Shown: positions 28,680 to 41,391, counted from the stretch's first letter. The stretch: 64,000 nt of DNA from Leucoraja erinacea (GCF_028641065.1 NC_073398.1:18786001-18850000), one strand, 5' to 3'. Notes: generated from the letters alone by a model not told the origin. Numbers and translations are program-made.

Positions 28680-29118
28680 AAAGCAAAGATTCACAAGGAT
28701 GGTGTCTGGATTGGAACCCTTCAAAGGCTGGGAGGGATTTTACCTGGAAAGAAGGAGATTGAGGGGTGACATTGTAGATGTTTATGAAATTATGAGGATC
28801 GTAGATAAGGACAATAGTTACAGTCTTTCCCCAGAGTAGGAGAAACAAAACTAGATGGCATAAGTTCAAAGTGAGAGCAAAAATATTCAAGTGGTTCTGA
28901 GTGGCAAGTTTTATACACAGAAGACGGTAGGTATATGGAAAAAGCTTCCAGAGGTAGTGGTAGAGGCTGGTACAATTACAACATTTAATATACATTTGGA
29001 CAGGGACATGGATCAGAAAGGTTTAGAGGGATATGAAACACATACAGGTACTTTGGTTGGCACGGACAAGTTGGGCTGAAGTGCCTGTTTCTGAACTCTT
29101 TCACTCTCTGATTCTATG
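28680..29118 (+). mobile_element. CR1 LINE 3' fragment
   Basis: FYTQKTVGIWKKLPEVVVEAGTITTF C-terminal motif. Confidence 0.85.
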
Positions 29119-29509
29119 ACAGAGAAGTCAGCAGCAGCAGCAGTTACAACTTTTGTTTCGTATAAAAAACCTAAATCCTCTACTGACCAATGTCTCATTG
29201 AGAGTGTCAAACATTAACTGATATATATTCATTTCTGAAAAAGGATCAGTTTGAAGTGGGACTAGGTGCAGGGCCCATATCATCTGCTACCAAAGAGCTA
29301 AATGAAGCTTGAAAACCTGTTTCATGGCAATTACTACTTTTGCACTTATTACTGGTGAAGACCATTTGCTCCCCTGAGGAATTGGCCAGATTTTCTGGGG
29401 CATCTTAAAGTGAAGGAGATTGGATTTCTGCCACTTTTTTGTATGCATTTGCAATCTGGAAATAGCCATTTAACATTGGCAATGTGAACAGTAGCAGAGA
29501 GTAACTGCA

Positions 29510-29797
29510 TGAGGAAGACAGGTTTAAAGTGAAGGGGAAAACATTTAATAGAAATCTGAGGAGTAAAATGTTTTCACGAAGGGTGGTAGGTGTATGGAAC
29601 ATGCTGCCAGAGGAGGTAGTTGAGGCTGGGATTATCGCAACATTTAAGAAACAGTTAGATAGGCATGTGGATTAGACAGGTTTGGAGGAATATGGACCAA
29701 ATGCAAGGTAGGTGGGACTAGTGTAGCTGGGATATGTTGGCCGGTGTGAGCATTTTCGGCCAAAGGGCCTGTTTCCACATTGTATCATTCTGTGACT
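29510..29797 (+). mobile_element. CR1 LINE 3' end
   Basis: Similar to 52105-52370. Confidence 0.85.
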
Positions 29798-31296
29798 GCA
29801 AATTAACATCAACTGGAAGCTTGTAGAAAACTTCTCAAATGATTGCAAAGTGTCTGAAAGAAATGAATACCCATAAACATTGCAATAGAAAATGAGGATG
29901 AAGTAATTAAAAATAACCTTGTTTTGCTATGATGACTGAAGAAGATCAGTTAAACCATTTTTTACCCAAGTGTCAATATGTCCAAAAATTGAATCAAAAT
30001 CAAACAGCAGATGTATGCTGAAGATGAAGATTAAATTCCCTTACCTGAAATTGATCCAGGGAAGCCTTCATGAAATAGGTTTCCATTGACAATATAAATG
30101 ACAATTGCCCATTGCATTAAGAAAAATACACTGCAGAGAAGTATATAAACCAAGAACAAGGAATGTCCTTATCAATTATGTTGGTTAACCTGTTAATATT
30201 GGGACTGCCTGATGCAATTTGTTGATTTTATTGTTAAAAATGAAATCTTGTTCAAATGTGTCTTTTTTTTCTTTTAAAGAGGCAGTTTTCTCAACTTTTA
30301 ATCCATGATCTAAGATTAAAACAATTCAAGGTCTGAAAGCTTCCCCGAGTTTATTGCACTTGGAATCTCTGATGTCTCTTCCCGTTTGATGTTAACTAAA
30401 CTTAATTACACAGTCTATGATTGCTTCCAGCCTCCTTCCGCTATTAATCTTCACCATTCCCAGCACCTAAACCTATCCCCGAGTTCTCTTGCTGTGCTTT
30501 GTTCTCTCCCTTGCTCAGACTCAGTCTGACAGCTGCAGTTCCTACTGTGGTTCATCCTCTGAGAATTGCCCTAATTGCTTCCCTCTATTCCTGTCCCAAT
30601 ACAGAGTCTGACATGTTCGAGCTCAAAACTTGCTCTGCCAACAATCTAGTCGGCCTGATGCTGCAGGACATTCCTAGTCTGTTATTAATAAGCTCCTTCT
30701 TCAGGTTTAATGAAAAAGTTTCACGTTTTTATAAGAGGAGGACCTACTAGTTTTTTTTTGTCCAAAGTCTCTTAATTAACCTAATTACAAAATATATTAT
30801 AATTTATTCATACATGCTTCCTTTGAGCAGAATGTTTCTAAAGTTAGTAAGGATTGCTCAAAAGGTTCTTGAACTTTTATTTTTAATTGATCTTATTTGT
30901 ATGAATATGAAAATATGCAATATGGTTTCTTATGCATTTTCCCTTTTTGCAAAAAAAAATTTTTGCATTTGTACAGTTGTGCTTGTGACCTCCACATGTG
31001 ACAGAATTCATTTCAGCTGTTTAAATACTTCTTGAGCAATATCAGTGCTGTCTCATGAAAAAAGCAGGTCAACTTGCAGCAGATAACCTTTGGTCAATAT
31101 GTGGTGGAAGGATGTTATTCTGGCTGGAGATCTGCCATGCAGGGATCTGTGCTGAGACCTCTGTTGTTTGTGATATATACATATTGTGCTGCCTGACACC
31201 CTGAGTTACTCCAGCACATTGTGTCTGAAGAAGGGACTCAACCCAAAATGACACAGCTACATTTGAAGCTGTGACAAATATACATTGTATATCCGG

Positions 31297-31803
31297 AATC
31301 ATAATCATACTTTATTAGCCAAGTATGTTTTGCAACATGTGGAATTTGATTTGCCATAGTCATACCAATAAAAAAAATAAAAAATCAAACAAAATACATT
31401 TTAATATAAACATGCATCACAGGGACTCCTTCACATTCCTCACTGTGATGAAAAGCGAAAAAAATTCAATCTCTTCCCTTCTTGTTCTCCTGCGGTCAGG
31501 GGCCTCGAGCCTTCCGTTGATGGGATGATCTTGGCTCCCGTAGCCGGTGGCGGGCCTCCATATCGGGATAATCAAGCTCCTGCATCGGGGGGGGGGGGGG
31601 GCACGGAAATTTCAGCTCCTCCGCGCCAGGCGGTGGGCTTGTCGAAACTTTCTGCGACTGGAGCTTCCCGACATCGGTCTTTACCCGAGACTGCACGCTC
31701 CTCGATGTTGAAATCCGCAAGCCCAGGCAAGGGATCGCAGGCTCTGATGGTAAGCACACGTTCCCGCGGTGGAGCTCAATCAGTCCCGAGCAAGGCCACC
31801 ATG
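31297..31803 (-). mobile_element. GC-rich retroposon, 3' part (host of the DIRS insertion; continues at 36935-37138)
   Basis: AATAAA-(TATGAT)n tail on minus strand, stem-loop 31415-31450 shared with 21013 and 54069. Confidence 0.7.
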
Positions 31804-32026
31804 ATAGAAAGATTAAACAAGGACTTACCGTTTGAAGTTTGTTCTTTATTTTATGAGAAGTTGAAGTGAGAGACTATGTGAAGAACCCACCAGCCCGCAT
31901 GCACGTCAATCTTCAAAGCAACTGTCTGAAACCACAGACCACTTGCACCAAATTAAAATATAGAAAGATTAATGACGCTTGACTTATCAAATGACCTTTA
32001 TGAGATTCAGGGTTGGGAGTGGAGGG

Positions 32027-32140
32027 CACGTAGTCTCTCACTCCAACTTCTCATAAAATAAAGATCAAACTTCAAACGGAAAGTTCTCATTTAATCTTTC
32101 TATTTTATATCGAATGCCGCATGGATGAGACTACGTGAAG
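32027..32140 (-). repeat. DIRS internal complementary region (ICR)
   Basis: 32027-32102 is the reverse complement of 31805-31880; 32103-32140 is the reverse complement of 36898-36933. Confidence 0.92.
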
Positions 32141-32329
32141 CCTTTGAAGCCCTGTGGTTTCATGCAGTAAACCAATCTGTATGTGGAAACACTAAACAGA
32201 TAAACCATAAATGGGAGAAAAGACATAGGCCATTAACAACATGATGCTAACTTTACATGCGTACATAGCCCTTAATTGGACCACAGTCCCAATTGCCTTT
32301 GGGTTAGACAATAGCTCATGCAACACTGT

Positions 32330-33150
32330 TCAGAATTCTATCTGCAACTGGCCAGACATGTTCAACGAAAATTTTATAACTTCTGAAAGTGCGCTTATCT
32401 GAGCCTCCTGCTGTTGCAAAAAGTGACCAAAGGGGAATATCCATTCTATTAGCTGCTGATGATCCAGTCTAGAGTGAGACGCAAAATGATTTGTATTCAC
32501 TCCTGCTTTCAGCTGCTTACACTTGATCCATCTTGAAATAGTCTGCACCAACAATCTCTTGGGAAACTATTATATAACTATGAAGAAACTTTTCCTTCAT
32601 CTCATAGGTTCTTAGTAACCTCAGTGTACCTTTTTACATAATAAACATCCCAAATCTCCGATCTGGCGGGTATGCTGTCAACTCCAACAATGCCTGTTTT
32701 GCTTTATGAGTTCATTCACATAAAATGCTACCCTCTTGTCAAATATGACTGAGAGATCCAGATGGAGATTGTGTAAAGACTGTGCTCTTCGTGCTGAAAT
32801 CAGTGTCATAAGCATGGCTATCATAAGTGTAACTGCTCCCACGTTTGGGATACAGCTGGTGATAATCTGCATAAAAATTAATACTGATTACACATTCCAA
32901 ACTACTTTGTAGCTAGGCTTTAGAGTGCTTATATAAAAGACACCTTCCATAACCTTAGTCAACAGTGGGTGAAAACAAATCATTTATTGTCTTACTTAGT
33001 ACTAGATACAACGACAAAGCAGTACGAGCAGTGTTAATTGTTCTATAACATAGTCGCTTCTCTTAAACCCAAACTGAAAGAAAACCACAAACCTCTGCTA
33101 CTTCTGTTTAAAAGTAGCTCGCATGTGTCTCTTCACAAAACTTTCCATAC
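32330..33150 (-). pseudogene. DIRS tyrosine recombinase remnant
   Basis: TINTARTALS, HPLLTKVMEGVF, AMLMTLISARRAQSLHNL, TISRWIK..AGVNTNHFASHSR; broken by stops and frameshifts. Confidence 0.88.
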
Positions 33151-33317
33151 AACCATGCAGTGATAGATGCATGAGAAATAGGTTGTGTCTCGTGTCTTCG
33201 AGCAAATATAGGAGCTTTTTTCAGCGGACATATTTACAATGGAAGTCATGGTTGAGTAGGCCAATTTGGCATTACTATAATTCATGTTGCCTCATCTTGA
33301 ATTATCTTAGGAGGCAT

Positions 33318-34125
33318 CTACTGATAAATACCCTGAGTCTTATCTGTGTGTAGGGTGCGAGACATATCTGCAGAGTTTATGACAAAACCTAAATAAGTAA
33401 TAGATAATGCCGGCTCCAGTATGGATTTTCTTGGATGAATAACAAACCCTAGATATTCTAGGAGTGCCTTGGTTGCTGAAACAGCTAACTCTGTGACACC
33501 TGATCTCTTCCCTACAATAAGCATGTCCTCTATAAACTTCATGACAAAATGTCCTTTAGATCTGAGTAGGACAACATTGACTTTAGAATCTTTGTAAATA
33601 GCCTAGGGCTGAAGTCAACCCCTTACATAGAGCATAACATTTCCAGAACTGGCCTTGCCAGATAAACCTCAGATATACCCTGTGACTCTCGAGTATTGAT
33701 ATGGAAAAGTATGCATCTTCTAGATCGATTGAAGCCCTAAAGCAATCCTCCGTAATCAGCTATTTTGCTGAATGAAAATTATCCATCTTAAAATGGTTAT
33801 ACCACGCAAATGTTCAGACTAGCCAAATCTTAGAATGATTTGGCATCCTCCACTTTTCTTCAACCGTGAGAAGATATTAGAAATATACCCATCTTGTTCA
33901 TGGACAGCCTGCTCATCCTTATGTGAAATGTCTCTGCTTCAACTTGGATAGCCATAGTTTCCTCTTTAGACCGTATGTACAGAAATCTTGGCTTCTCTTG
34001 CCGCGGAGGAAATGAATCAGCCAGAAACTGAATCCTATAACCATTTATGATTTGTAAAATGGAAAGATCGGAGGTTATATGTCCCCACCTGTTATTGAAC
34101 CGTCTCAACCTATCTCCGACTTGAA
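33318..34125 (-). pseudogene. DIRS reverse transcriptase remnant
   Basis: VGDRLRRFNNRWGHITSD..INGYRIQF; FIEDMLI (YxDD position), LGFVIHPRKSILEP..ITYLGFVINS. Confidence 0.9.
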
Positions 34126-35093
34126 TATCGTCAGCACATCTCATGCGACTGATGGAATATTATTCGCATACCTCAACGGCCTCCACCTCATTTTCATGGA
34201 CCAGCAAAGCTGTCCATGACGAGACAGACGGTGGCTGTAGATGTGATTAAGGCAGTTTATAAGAAAGCACTTGCTATAAAAACCACCAAGGCTGCCAATA
34301 AAATAATAGACAAGGGGTGATTATCACCCCCTGCCACAAAGATCCAGCAACCCCTGAGACTGACACCACCAAAAATAGCCTTAGGCGGATAATCAATAGA
34401 GTCAACTGACCCTAGACTTTGCTCTGTCCCCTTGGCTCGGGCATCGTGGCCAGCTGGGGAACAAAACTGAGTATGTCGAGTGCATTGCCTCCATGGTGAG
34501 CGCTAACACCTGCGAATAAAAAGCCCTCTGGCTTGGTTTTAATTGTGTAGTCCTGGTGCTCCAACCAGCCTCAGTGTAGTGGTATCTGCCACTCATTTGG
34601 TAGGCATGATATGAATGCAGGTAAACGGGAGTCTAACCCACAAAAGGTGTCTTTACCACACCCAATGCAGCCTTGAATTTCTCTTGCAAGTCTTTTACTT
34701 GTGAGCCCAAGTCTTCTCCAAAGAGATACTTGCAGACTGCACATACTAGCCTTGTACAAAATTAGCATATATTGGGTTGATCTCAGGCCTATACCATCCT
34801 AACACAATTTGAGTTTCGACTTTGCATTACACAAAAGTGTTAAGGCGTCTACTGCAATTCAGACAGCTGTTCCCTCCACTGACCTTGCAAATGCCGTAAT
34901 CCCTCTTTGAGAATTCTCTGAACTCGCTGGAGTTTAAAGCCTTGTGACTTTGTTTTACCCTTTAGATAGCCCCAAATGGTGGCATTAACCTACAGACCTC
35001 CAATGTCTGGCAGAAATCAGGACTAGCATTCTTTCCAGCAGTGTCCTGCATGAACTTCTCAATCAACTGATAAGAAGTCAAGTAACCAATGCT

Positions 35094-35254
35094 TGTGTTT
35101 ACTTGTGTTTAAGAAGGAACTGCAGATGCTGGAGAATCGAACACAAAAAAGCTGGAGAAACTCAGCGGGTGCAGCAGCATCTATGGAGCGAAGGAAATTT
35201 CCTTCGCTCCATAGATGCTGCTGCACCCGCTGAGTTTCTCCAGCTTTTTTGTGT
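35094..35254. mobile_element. Penelope pLTR-derived foldback insertion inside DIRS, with a perfect 114-bp palindrome
   Basis: Arms 35141-35197 and 35198-35254; GTAACCAATGCT at 35082-35093 and 35253-35264. Confidence 0.88.
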
Positions 35255-36934
35255 AACCAATGCTACTTGCCAGTTCTTCCTCTAACGGTTCTCCTATCCC
35301 CAAAGGGATGGTAAATTTAGTCACAAGTGCCAGCAGATCCTTATAAGACTTGAGTTGAAGCATATCATCCACTTGATGTGGGAATCCGAGTTCACTGTCA
35401 ACTACCTCATAGTCAGAGTCTGCACGAATAATCCTCAAAATACCCCTCCTCAGAGTGGGAGATATCATAATGCAACCCTGAAACAGGTATAGCTGCCGCA
35501 GACCTCTGACTGGAACTACCTGTCTCGGTCGCCAGTGTACGCAACACATTCCCTTCGACCAGCCTCCCAATCAGGCCTACAGATGATATCCTCAATGGGT
35601 GTTGAAGCAGTACCTTCCTGCCCAATATTGTCCTCCTGGACATTTTGCCATTTTGGCTTGGCCTACCCTGAACTTGGGCCAACAAACTGCTCCCTTACGG
35701 AGCTTTCGCTTTATTTCTTTATTTCTTTATTTATTACCTTTTTTTAAAACTTTTACAACACGAACCTGCAAGTCATGTAAAAATGCTACATACCAGTTCG
35801 GCCTTCACTGGTTTACCTACCCTCAAGAGGATGGCAAATGATGTTCCAGCATGCTGGCAACTCTTTTTAGCCGAGCTAAAAGAATTTAGCATGTGTTGAG
35901 GGAATCCTCAAACTCCCTGCCTCAGACCAGGACATATTCTCAAATATCTGAGTTTAACTGCCTCTATCAATTAAATGCTCTTGTGGGCAGCCTGATAACC
36001 TCAATCATAGATGTTGAGGCAGTGCTTCCCTGGCCAATATGATCCATTTGGACAGCCAGTTTCAAGTTGGTCTACCCTGAACCAGGGTCGACAAGCTGCA
36101 CCTTTTGGAAGCTTTCACAGAAGTTGCTGGGCAGGCCACCCTGCAAGCGTCTCTGAGCCCGGTTTCACATGTTGCTCCATTTCGGAACTTTCAGCGGTTG
36201 CTGTGCAGGCCACCCTACCAGCCTCATTGTGCCCGGGTCGCCAACCTGCTCTTTTTCAGAGCCAGTGGAAGGTATTAGACAGACTTTGCTGCCAGTGTTT
36301 CCGAGCCTGGGTTGCCAGGCTGCTCCATTTTGGAACTTCCACGGAGGTTAGTAAGCAGACCTTACTTGCCAGTGTCTCCGAGCCCGGGTCGACCTCCTTA
36401 TCGGAGATTTTGCAAAATTCCTTTTGCAGGCTGTGCCTGTCCCCATCTTCGGCCCCGCACTTGCCAAACTGCTCCCTTTTGGAGCTTTAAACGGACATTG
36501 CTGTGCAGGTCGTGCTTGCCAGCATCTCTGCGCCTGGTGGGACAGGCTGCCCCTTCAGAGCCTTCTGCTCCTTCCTAGTCTTGGTGGAGCTTACTGTGCA
36601 GGTCGCACCTGTCAGTTACTCCGAGCCTGGTGCGACAGGCAGCTCCTTTGGAGCCTTAGTGGAGCTTACTTGCAGGTTGCACCTCTCTGAGGCCGGCCCC
36701 CTGCTCCCTTCCGGAGCCTCAATGGTGGTAGCTGAACAGGTCGCACCTGTCAGCCTCTCTGAGCCTGCTGCATCTATTTTCGGAGCCAGCGGGCCGTTCC
36801 TACAAGGAATAACAGCTTACCTGCCGGAGCATTTTTGAATGCCTCTGAATCCCTTACCATGCGACGACGTATTGGCGCTCATGCGGGCTGGCCAGTTCTT
36901 CACGTAGTCTCATCACGAGACTTCAATATAAAAT

Positions 36935-37138
36935 GTTAGGAGATACGATCCAGAAAACCTTGTATCTCCGGCAAGGTGAGAGATTGAAAAAAAGTATCCC
37001 CTGATCCCCTCCCCCACCACCACATAAAACAAACCATAGAATACTAACATACTTTTAAAAACACACTAAAAATAACAAAAAACACAAAAAAACAAACACA
37101 AGGCGAGGCTGCCATCGCTGATGTCACCACCCGGTGGA
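36935..37138 (-). mobile_element. GC-rich retroposon 5' part (continuation of 31297-31803)
   Basis: Architecture parallels 21520-21745 (C-run, A-rich tract, GC-rich terminus). Confidence 0.6.
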
Positions 37139-37959
37139 ATGGGCGGAGAAATGGCAGATGGAGTTTAATCCAAACAAATGTGAGGTGTTGCCCTTTGGGA
37201 GGTCAAATATACCACTGTTGTATTACTCTGTTCATTGATAATTAAATTAACATTTAATGTCCACGACCATTTGTCTGGCCCTCAAGGAAGAGATTTATAC
37301 CTAAAACATCAACTGTTTCTCTTCCCATAGATGCTTCTTGTATTTCCAGCAATTTTTGATTACATTATTACCTTTTATGTTTTGCACTGCGCAGCAAGAC
37401 AATTTCATTTGCTGTCCTACATAAACACATTTTTTCTCAAACTCTTTGAAGTAAAAGAAAAGGAATCCCAAGCCAGTGAAAGAACACAACAAATCAATGC
37501 TGAAGGCTTTGCCATTTTATTTTTTCATAGTGACCTTGCCTATAAAGAGAGATAACCTGCCGTCTGGTCAAGTTTGATTCCATTGGTTTTAAAATCAATG
37601 GAAACTCTTGTAGGTCATAAAAGCATTATTTAGTTGTTTGATAGCTTCATTTCCCACAGGGTCAGAACTGCACACAGGAGAGAAGATTTTTCACTCGATT
37701 TAAACTTGCTTCAGTCATAAAGAAGTCTAGAGGATTTACTTTGAGTGCAGGTAGTGTTTGTTTCAACAGGTTTTTCTGGTATTATAAGTGAAGTTAAATG
37801 CGGCTTGATAACTGATGGAGATGCAATTCACACATGCATAGTGAGTGGGGTACAAATCGCATGCCAGTTTTGTGCTGCTTGGTTCTTGTCGCTCAATACA
37901 GCTATTGAATGTTGTCCAAAGGGGGCCACTATAGCATTCATTTAACCAGTTAATTCCAC

Positions 37960-38270
37960 TCGGGACAGCGCCGGAGAGCCGGCCGGGATCGATCCTGCCT
38001 GCGCAGGTCTATGCCACGTCTCCCCCCTCCAATCGCCGCGCTCTATCCTCAGTCACGCCACCACGCCACCCCCCCCCCACTCCTTCCTCCTCCAATCATC
38101 GCGCCCTCGATCATCATCAGTCCCCCGCCTTTTAAAAATAAACACAACTGGGGGGGGGGTGGGATGTCCCCCCACCTCAAAACATGGGGGGTACGTGTCC
38201 CCTCTGTCCCGTCCCCCCCCCCCACTCCGGGTTTTCCGCCCCTGGCGTAATTAGCGAGGGACAGGCCCTT
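37960..38270. mobile_element. GC-rich DNA-transposon-like fragments
   Basis: CCGGGTTTTCCGCCCCTG terminus-like motif; GGGACAGGCCCT+TAA resembles a Harbinger TIR. Confidence 0.4.
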
Positions 38271-38399
38271 AAATAACTCATTTGGCTCAGGCACTTGCCT
38301 GCCTGGTTAAAATCACCATGGAGATATGTTGTAGTGGGAGGAAGTAAACATTGGAGTTTAATTCACATTCTTCCAACTTCATCAAGTTGAGGAGGTTAA

Positions 38400-38944
38400 A
38401 ATGCTTCTGTTGTAAATTTCCGCCACCTACAACGGGATCTCACCACTAGCCACATTTTCCCATCTCCACTCCTTTCCACCTTCCACAGAGACTGTTCCCA
38501 CCACAACGCTCTGTTTAACTCACCCTTTCCCATCCATACCATACCTTCCCCTCCCCAGGTACCTTTCCCTGTAACCGCAGGAAATGCAACACCTGTCCCT
38601 ATACCTCATCCCTTGACTCTGTCCAGGGACCCCGACAGTCCATTCAGGTTAGGAAGAGATTCACTTGCACCTCCTCCAACCTCATCTGCTGTATCTGTTG
38701 TTCAAGATGTGGACTCTTATACATCGGCGAGATAAAACGCAGACTATGTGATCATTTTGCTGAACACCTTCTCTCAGCCTGCCTGAACCTACCTGATCTA
38801 GTTGCCAAACATTTTAATTCTCCTTCCCATTCCCACACTGACCTTATTGTCCCAGGTCTTCTCCATTGTCAGAGTGAGGCTAAATGCAAATTGAAGGAAC
38901 AGCATGTCATATTTCGCTTGGGCAGCTTACAGGCCAGTGGTATG
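38400..38944 (+). mobile_element. Neptune-type Penelope element, GIY-YIG endonuclease region (decayed)
   Basis: Frame from 38570: CNRRKCNTC..RFTCTSSNLICCICCSRCGLLYIGEIKRRLCDHFAEHL. Confidence 0.9.
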
Positions 38945-40183
38945 GAAGGTGGAATGGAGCTCTACACCCCAAGGCCTGGGAAAAAGAAGAAATTCCCTCA
39001 GAACTCAGGGATGCTCTAATAGTAACCATTTTTAAGAAGGGGGACAAGGCTGAAGGTAAAAACTACAGGGGCATCTCGCTCCTGTCAACAACAGGCAAAG
39101 TCCTTGCACGTGTCCTCGCAAGCCGACTTCTACCACTGTCTGCGGAAGTACTCCTAGAATCACAGTGTGGCTTCCACCCGTCCAGAGGTACAGCAGACAT
39201 GATATTCACAGCATAACAACTCCAGGAAAAATACAGTGAACAAAGGCAGCCTTTGTACATGGCCTTCATAGACCTGACAAAGGCTTTGACTCGGTAGACC
39301 ACCAGGCTCTTTGGAGGATACTATCAAGGTACAATTGTCACGACATGTACATCAGCATATTAAGGCTTCTACATGATGGGATGTCAATCACAGTGCTCAG
39401 CAACTGTGTTTCTGTGTCTGAGCCCTTCACTGTGGAAATGGGGTTCAAACAGGGATGCATCATTGCGCCCACCCTGTTTGTCTTCTTCATTGCTGCCATA
39501 CTTCACCTCACTGGTGATGAGCTGCCACAGGGGATCCTAATCCTCTACAGAATTGACGGTGTTGTATGGAGCCAAGTCATTGACCACCTATAGCAGACAC
39601 CTGAGAGCCCTGGAACAATACCATCAAAGATGCTTACGAAAGATTCTGTGGATCGGCTGGAAGGACAAACGCACCAACATCAGTGTTTTGGAGGAAGCCA
39701 ACATGGCCAGCATCACCACCACAATAATACAGCACCAACTTCGATGGACTGGCCATGTCATCCTCATGTCCAACACACGTCTCCCTAAACAAATCCTGTA
39801 CCCTCAATTGAAGGAAGGCCGGCGAGCCCCCGGTGGGCCAAAGATACACTTCAAGGACAACATCAAGAACAGTCTGAAGAAATACCACATCATATCAAGC
39901 AACTGGGAGCACATTGCACTGGACAGGCACTCCTGGTGGAAATCTGTGCAGGAAGGAGCTGCACGTCAGGAAATGGAACTACGCCGTGTCTCAGAGACAA
40001 AGCGACAACACTGTAAGGGGAAAGAGAAGGGGGTTCAACGACAATGAACCACCACCAGTCTCCGATCCCCACATTGCACCAAGGATCAGCCTCTACAGAC
40101 ATCTGCAGACCCTCAAGTAGACGACACTGTGGAAAGGAGAGGACAGTCATACTCGTTTAGAGTGGCCACCGATGATGATGATG
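38945..40183 (+). mobile_element. RTE-clade LINE, truncated and internally deleted, nested in Penelope
   Basis: IVTIFKKGDK..NYRGISLLSTTGKVLAR, ESQCGF, GFKQGCIIAPTLF, QLRWTGHV..RLPKQILY; (GAT)n tail. Confidence 0.92.
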
Positions 40184-40495
40184 AATATTGATTTTTCTCA
40201 CTTCAGGTAGCCCCGGCATTCCCTCTCTCTCTACTCCTCCCCCACCCAAGTCACACTAGCTTATCGTTTTCACCCAAAAAACAGCTAACAAGGGCCTGCT
40301 TCCTTTATCATCGTTACTTTTTTGCATGTCTTTTTTTCATTGTTCTTTATCTCTCCACACCATCGTCTCTATCTCTCGTTTCCCTTATCCCTAACCAGTC
40401 TGAAGAAGGGCCCCGACTGGAAACGTTACCCATTCCTTCTCTCCAGAGATGCTGCCTGTCCCGCTGAGTTACTCCAGCTTTTTGTGTCGATCTAC
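40184..40495 (+). mobile_element. Penelope 3' end/pLTR (continuation of 38400-38944), hammerhead-like motif 40400-40428
   Basis: Joins as GGTATG|AATATTGAT, matching the uninterrupted copy at 1950-1970. Confidence 0.85.
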
Positions 40496-41169
40496 AGACA
40501 ATGAGGCTCAACCAGATGACTTTGAAGAAGTATGACGTTGTGGGGAAGGAATTGAGAGAGGGGAGATATCAAAGGTTACTTGGAGTTAGAAACATCAATA
40601 TTCATCGCACTGGGTTGCAAACTGACAAGTTGATTGATTGAATGGTTTATGTTCAAGCCCTGGTAACAGCAATAAAGGCAATGCTGAGTTAAAAGATTTG
40701 AATATCCAGTTGACAAAGTTCTCAATGCTGAATGGAGAAATCTCATAAATTTAAAAACATAAATGTGTAGTATTGCTTTACTAATGCTATTTTTTAACTA
40801 TTTAAAAATATATATTTGAAAGAATAAATTGTGCATTTTACCTTCAGACGTGTGCAGCTCGGAACGACCGCAGCCTTTCTTTTTTCTACCTTACTTGGCA
40901 GGCAGTGCCTCTGGGTAGTTTGTGAACCATTGTATCCGTGAATTTACTTGTCCAAATGTAGCAGTCACACTGTATTCTGCATTCTGTTTATTTTCTCGTT
41001 TGCACTGCTTGTTGAATTCATGTATGGTATGATTTGCTTGGATAGCACACAAAGTAACAATTTTCACCGTCTATCAGCACATACACCAATAAACCAACAC
41101 CAATACCAAAAGAGTTGGGAGTTGAAAGGAACCCAGCATAATCTGTGTCAATGTAACTAAAAGACATGT

Positions 41170-41391
41170 ACGAAGGAACTGCAGATGCTGGTTTACAACA
41201 AAGATAGACACAAAATTCTGGAGTATTTCAGCGGGACAGGAAGCATCTCTGGAGAGAAGGAATGGGTGATGTTTCGGGTCGAGACCCTTCTTCAGTCGGA
41301 AGAAGGGTCTCAACACGAAACGTCACCCATTCCTCTATCCAGAGATGCTGCCTGTCCCGCTGAGTTACTCCAGCATTTTGTGTCTATATTC
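41170..41391. mobile_element. Head-to-head Penelope pLTR pair (long hairpin) with two hammerhead-like motifs
   Basis: Arms about 41204-41295 and 41297-41388; 14/16 TSD at 41154-41169 and 41392-41407. Confidence 0.85.

Larger units (their letters stand above)
31804..36934 (-). mobile_element. DIRS-type tyrosine-recombinase retrotransposon, termini intact, ORFs decayed
   Basis: Inverted terminal repeats (about 31848-31910 vs 36870-36933), ICR 32027-32140 matching both termini, RT and YR remnants. Confidence 0.93.

Noticed and set aside
36011-36838. Plus-strand ORFs of 88-159 aa
   Set aside because: Antisense to the DIRS 5' repeat region; no recognisable domain
37578-37603. Short AT-rich palindrome (also 27669-27687)
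   Set aside because: Short, AT-rich, single copy; chance not excluded
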